Assembly: GCA_017625505.1 (NCBI GenBank)
Contig: JAGAKV010000002.1
Coordinates: forward strand, 3,287-67,286
Origin: Clostridia bacterium
GTDB lineage: Bacteria; Bacillota; Clostridia; Christensenellales; UBA1242
DNA: 64,000 nucleotides
Reading direction: 5' to 3'
Under the pieces are notes generated by a model. The model ran no database searches and was not told the origin of the DNA. It saw only the letters and a list, made by a program, of their open reading frames with translations. Both the position numbers and the translations under genes were made by a program. Each line of letters starts with the position of its first letter. Position 1 is the stretch's first letter. Shown here piece by piece: positions 61,101-64,000 of this stretch.

Positions 61101-64000
61101 TTGCAGGCAACTCTTCAAGCGGAACAGAAGTGTTTAATGTTGTACATGTTGAATGTTCAAACATCGAGGGTGATGTAGCTGCATTTAAAGGAAAAACGAT
61201 AAGCGTTTTTGATCCAGCGGACGAGAGCGGAGCGTTTACTCTCAATCTACCAAAGTACATCAGTCAAGACACAAAGCTTACATTCACAATCTTTACCACT
61301 TACGGACATATCGCAACACTTATTTTTGACCTCAAGGCAAATGCCAGCGTGACATTTGTTGGCGAAAAATCATCGTGGAAAGCAGGTAACTCTTATCTGT
61401 GGGGTAGCCAAGATGGTTCTAGTGGAATATTCGATCTGCAAGTCACGGGAGATGCAAAAAAATTTGCGTCGATTCAGCTCGATTGCGATGTGATTGATCT
61501 CAACGAGGAAAGCAAAGCAAAATATGCTGAAATGAAAAAATATATCAGCATTGACAGCGGAAATAATATTGTCATCAAAGACACAACAAAAACTCAGACA
61601 TTTAAAGATGTACCATTCATAATTACCTTCACGGATGGCGATATATATAAATTTGTAACTGATTTTACAATTGAGGCAAACGTTATTAAGACGGCAGCGG
61701 CTTATGAAAATGAAAAAGAAGTTGTTGCTGGGAATGATCTTGTTGTTGAAGTTGCCAAATTATTCGATGAAGGTGGTGCACCAACATCCGGCTTTAGCGT
61801 GACTGCTGAAAGTGCTCAAGATGTTCTTGCTAGCGGTAATGTTGCTGTGACTGGTGATGATGACAAATACAGCATTACAATAAAGACAATTCATGTTGCC
61901 TCCAAGGTTACAGCAACAATCCAGTTGACATTCATGTTGAATTCGGGCGAGGAGGTTGTAGTATCTTATATTGTGACCATTGCGCCAAGTGTAAAACTTG
62001 AGACAACTTATCCAAATCCTACTGGCGAGGGTTCAATCGGCAAAGAGTTTGTTAAACATGAATTTACCACAGACAATATCAATGTCTTCTTAAATGGCAC
62101 GGCATTGTTTGCGGACAACACTCGTATTGTGGAATTGCTAGCTGATGCGCCTACTGCTGATGGCGAAACAGAGGTTACTTACAGTGACAAAGGCACTATA
62201 TCAATAATGACAGTTACACTTGCAAAAGCATCAAACGCAAATATTTATATTGTTGGTGATGAGACTGATAGTGTTAAGGAAAATGTTAATATTACAGGCA
62301 AGGCTATTAGATTTGAACGCGGCACAAATGCGGCAGAAGACTCAATTATTGTACTTTCAGTAAAACTCAACAATGTTGTTGCAACATATACAATCTACAT
62401 TTCAGACGAACTTTGGACAACTGAAGGAAATTATGTTACAAACAACGTGACAACAGAATATTATCCAAAAGAAAAGATTTATGGCACGCATAGGGTGACC
62501 GCTACGGAATCTTATGATATAAGTATTCTTGATATTGTTGATGCGGAAAAACTGAAAAATGGTAGTATCTTAAAATGCACGCTCTCACTTCCAGATGGTG
62601 CTAGCGGATCAACTGAAGGCTTTAAAGTTCAGTATAATAACAAAAGTATTTTAAACAAAGAGTTTAAGTATGATAGTGATAACAATATAATTTCTGTGTC
62701 TGATGTTGCAGTTGATACAATTATCACTATTGAAAACACACCAGGGCAAACTACAACAGAAAAAATTTATATAGATAAAACAGAAATTACAGACATCTTT
62801 GCAGATGATCGTATGGCCAGTGTCAGCGTAAGCTCTACAGCAGAAGCTGGAGAATATTATGTGGTATATCTTAAAAATGGTACGGATAGTCGTAAAAAAT
62901 CTTGGACGGGGATGAATAAAATTCAAGAACCATTGAACATTCCAGAATATGCAAGATTGTCTCAAAATGAAGAAATTATTATTAAAGTAACAGGCAATGC
63001 GGCGGTTATAGGCTATGATGGGGAATATATAGTTAATAATTTTGATGAAGAAGCTCAAATGGTGACAACAAGCAAAACGGGAGTTCTGACTTTTAATAGC
63101 ACAGGTACTATTTCAATTATTCGAAAGGGAAATGTGACCATTGAATATATAGCGAAATCCTATGGTGAATATTACGCTTCATATCCTCTCTATATTAAAG
63201 CTGATGACATCGGCAAAAATCTTACTGTTGATCTTGGCAAGAGTATGTCTGGCTGCAGATATTATGCAACATACTCAACTGAAGAAATTGAGAAAGCAAA
63301 AATTTCTCTTGCTACTGATAGGTTACTTAAAGTAAAAGATGCAGCAGGGCAGCCTACAGATATGTCGCTTGATGATTTGGACAACATGACACAGGCAAAT
63401 ATCTTTGTTGGAGAGCCAGTTGCAACAAACAGAATTCAACTCTACTATGGTTCAAGCAGCGAAAAATATGCTGTTGCAAGCCATAAGTATGAGCCGGATA
63501 ATGATAATGTTGGAAATATCAGCAACGTTGGAACAATCGAAGAAGTTGCCGGAATTTTAGTTGACTTTAAACTGACAGGCGCTGATGAAACGCTCCTTTC
63601 ATTTAAATATCACTACAAGCCAATGATTGATATTGACATGAAAGATTCAGTTGAGGCAAGTGATGCGGCAAACTTTGATGTTGTCTTAGAAGCCGGAAAA
63701 GAATATACAAGCCTGTCGCAGGAACTGGGACTTGTTCATCCTTCAACAGGGTTGCACCTTTCTCCAGTTGATGGCGATATGGTGTCTCTTGCACTTACGG
63801 TAGTGGATGACGCAACAGCGACCACTCTTGAATTTTATGACAGCTACAAAGGCAAGTGTGGTCCAACGGAAACCCCATTCTTTAAAAGCACGACAGATGA
63901 TGGACAAGAATATCTTTCTTATTCTCAGGTGACAAACTCAAGTGGCAAAACATATGATTTCTATTTGCTGCCACATGGAGCGAAGAATGACGGAGACTTT
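55130..64000 (+). CDS. second giant surface protein, N-terminal 2,957 codons (3' end beyond the right edge), signal-anchor TM
   Basis: Not in the ORF track. I read the frame codon by codon from ATG 55130 (SD agaaGTGAGGtagctttta) to 64000 and found no stop. Begins MAKKIKKEKVDKKELKTSRGLRPWMTILGVVGGVSLVCGATVLGVFLTGGFEEK, then a beta-rich, Thr/Asn/Ile-rich body. All minus-strand ORFs in this span are antisense shadows. Confidence 0.88.
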   Translation, partial: MAKKIKKEKVDKKELKTSRGLRPWMTILGVVGGVSLVCGATVLGVFLTGGFEEKVVSPEDISFVYDESLFNDAYSQLEISDSSQEGEFELVINTTTEEVTQKKVELSFDDALEENVVTSIHGFVSNSIIQVPQFVNIGEPFTVKLLNEMIEVEEENGEGEIVSKKIDWIKGGISTLFAQSENIDVPVTSLKIAVDTPVYSTRTVVYDSTGKQIQVDEEGIKVIAGEAFTVDTKFFPAKSEYMYADDSAVNAIDEDARRKKHSFFEAKLATDQPNAIVPEYDGKYKLHFVAANKTFEKPIAINAYTFRYADVELEFTNNHPTKSTPEDVAGITELEFYQLAITTLASDMLGAYKQEGEIIISEATIGQFRINNQSNVMLTRGKSTRLYLDFNEDDPALNYLSASVRANTVEPRYLDNMLKQIGIRFTNSAGKDVAIASDDQLISLSDCQEVKYDLNGDGALETFYLPNASGANVRKGYWNITALPTDSKETQDDENITMEIVLFTSITQVEGEGGTYYQGKIYQQFATGNDGEEIKNDVVISGKSLVLTDKQDYNVSWNDASSLTINLDYQNSKFIPQTINLSKFITVPKDKDVVFFVDFKDVTADAEGGINRVLGETSYSDLVEYLEPNGVPVKLYVLTEQTITLYDTGSFDIYFATINSKAEPGQLGYIELWCNDAKQVVCQKSLYQESVSGAVIMLPEAAFDSEQYYTYVGVENELKTVFTVDFIVNPDSYPAFQQAIENGEQFDIKLYDSLGNDISHYFTLHTDLAAGITTNPSLIDLAAALEEGEVLEGDYRYAYRAIYKIKDNITINSDLVIDKGEGEQTYTKTALVARAELLFGKKDEEAAIVWGNKGEATFGFSKYLYIYKPVTASIVIADEYGGATGGIVTEDVINVNQTLLAAGGLSTSITYTCYMLDGDGTYTEENATLEEFIEDLTYGIVLTDQHGDTQSLQGKWQFVTNNSDIISISDDKQSFEFKNASNEKANIWIEAQDSISNEPAIKNEAGNTKIYTLNLTTTGVGEISVDGGARTNVVTSAEITRKGSIDTSQIEIPSIIKYYIVNNGVESVYNPTEISYALSAITTTSMTDEQKKDLFGYYKESEDAVEPIEGWLEIQDQNEQVVRAIIDYDGNVVGFTGDITNLKTITIKKNFSAPATIVINISAIGINTTLTINISAENSIEGATEYSVFAGKAYASDVISNTIVLSEASLLGSYTGTHYVVASEQGGYRLDSAEENALSAVGHLDNGVLTFNDFWTEEEKTFTIRFAPEGDGYYAVWKDITFTVQRNIKIVASSDNLAGNLIPVEAAAEMTYFIVYSGGKPTVSTFVSVTRIEGDDKTLPEIAYATTALTNSYFTINKAGEIERNANIEIIFGTETIVQGEQSRISISIGSTILATVQLQIKLHDDIYSNVASSISKKISVDQGQGAAQVEETVNAKVQEINGKKYVVVDATKGSTSWEWNGSITGGTIALLGQHKGYRSELYEIQAAQTEQGPGDISFNTKGVLYGYNSNNYLIIHTEGSTQSNKHSEWIYIPAIISAVGETPVLYNKKGDSIASQDGRNGAISKYSERYLDVAMMSPDDLIANGIYDEFIAGESYTIYNAKGTDGHGLWFGNGMSISIDVYDGAGATNSEITNKIRKQINYVNTTGEKTVKIDLYDLADNIGGDYYIALKYTVILSSTGHRQDFYYLMKIIPNVHVEDPVYPYGENTRYENLQESNGQIDLNATFDSTTLATGQNRFNVSYILSYDQAKTFTIKKINKDSIIRFTWKDQTKEYIATENKDNEDNEVLTLTLKDYFPDIQKDDKLYMILQNSEIEVTYAETENAKVYTPSAYIDTVSNVTVNDNYVYTDKAEWSSFISIEIVNGVMTYQAHISDPISFTIKRTYVNSQDTSIEQIVSGSHEYVFMVNDRTKDYSIRFIKQVDDPATSEVVEAVTTTLPDTFGVTQYTISFRNGDVDDSAQQKVQIGLVENGTEDGYTYTGLKLFLIENAVAGNSSSGTEVFNVVHVECSNIEGDVAAFKGKTISVFDPADESGAFTLNLPKYISQDTKLTFTIFTTYGHIATLIFDLKANASVTFVGEKSSWKAGNSYLWGSQDGSSGIFDLQVTGDAKKFASIQLDCDVIDLNEESKAKYAEMKKYISIDSGNNIVIKDTTKTQTFKDVPFIITFTDGDIYKFVTDFTIEANVIKTAAAYENEKEVVAGNDLVVEVAKLFDEGGAPTSGFSVTAESAQDVLASGNVAVTGDDDKYSITIKTIHVASKVTATIQLTFMLNSGEEVVVSYIVTIAPSVKLETTYPNPTGEGSIGKEFVKHEFTTDNINVFLNGTALFADNTRIVELLADAPTADGETEVTYSDKGTISIMTVTLAKASNANIYIVGDETDSVKENVNITGKAIRFERGTNAAEDSIIVLSVKLNNVVATYTIYISDELWTTEGNYVTNNVTTEYYPKEKIYGTHRVTATESYDISILDIVDAEKLKNGSILKCTLSLPDGASGSTEGFKVQYNNKSILNKEFKYDSDNNIISVSDVAVDTIITIENTPGQTTTEKIYIDKTEITDIFADDRMASVSVSSTAEAGEYYVVYLKNGTDSRKKSWTGMNKIQEPLNIPEYARLSQNEEIIIKVTGNAAVIGYDGEYIVNNFDEEAQMVTTSKTGVLTFNSTGTISIIRKGNVTIEYIAKSYGEYYASYPLYIKADDIGKNLTVDLGKSMSGCRYYATYSTEEIEKAKISLATDRLLKVKDAAGQPTDMSLDDLDNMTQANIFVGEPVATNRIQLYYGSSSEKYAVASHKYEPDNDNVGNISNVGTIEEVAGILVDFKLTGADETLLSFKYHYKPMIDIDMKDSVEASDAANFDVVLEAGKEYTSLSQELGLVHPSTGLHLSPVDGDMVSLALTVVDDATATTLEFYDSYKGKCGPTETPFFKSTTDDGQEYLSYSQVTNSSGKTYDFYLLPHGAKNDGDF

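Noticed and set aside
55181-63794. Minus-strand ORFs 55181-55492, 55663-56034, 57500-57820 and 62651-63058, and plus-strand ORFs 58017-58265 and 59340-59522.
   Set aside because: All lie inside the continuous frame-2 ORF starting at 55130. They are antisense or off-frame with no translation signals.
1-64000. Search for mobile elements, prophage, CRISPR arrays, tRNA/rRNA genes and known defence-system genes.
   Set aside because: I saw no transposase, integrase or recombinase motifs, no direct-repeat/spacer arrays, no cloverleaf-capable GC-rich segments in intergenic DNA, and no recognisable nuclease/helicase defence cassettes. The only repeats are coding LRR units and short AT-rich intergenic repeats.

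Overview
AT-rich chromosomal segment that looks like a low-GC Bacillota-type genome. Supporting signs are a glyQS T-box leader, a dcw cluster with a PASTA-bearing class B PBP, sigma-A TTGACA/TATAAT promoters, and hairpin plus T-run terminators. Trp is TGG throughout, so the standard code applies. The housekeeping backbone is gpmI, a ttcA-like gene, radC, uvrB, uvrA, an MBL hydrolase, metG, rsmH, an ftsL-like gene, pbp2B, two yugP-like peptidases, glyQS and an ABC-F ATPase. This backbone is heavily interleaved with predicted surface-protein genes. (1) A 19,542-nt ORF (2792-22333) encodes a 6,513-aa lipoprotein built from reiterated GLUG-type beta-helix modules. (2) A second giant ORF starts at 55130 and is still open at the window end (at least 2,957 codons). 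It is absent from the supplied ORF track because it has no stop in the window. (3) Four BspA/DUF285 leucine-rich-repeat proteins are present. Three proteins share a roughly 210-aa N-terminal module, and in one of them (225 aa) that module stands alone. The two giant ORFs alone occupy about 44% of the window. Other notable items: a G8 tract in the promoter spacer of one LRR gene; a perfect 78-bp tandem duplication inside that gene; a five-gene operon of paralogous small membrane proteins; and a divergent pair of wHTH+TM proteins next to radC. Several genes have an exact -10/6-nt/ATG leaderless geometry, and the MetRS HIGH signature reads TLGN. A CvpA-like membrane domain is fused to a ~700-aa extension where mraZ would normally sit. 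None of 30 complete CDS ends in TGA. I found no rRNA, tRNA, CRISPR array, transposase or integrase. All family assignments come from motifs read by eye; no database search was possible.
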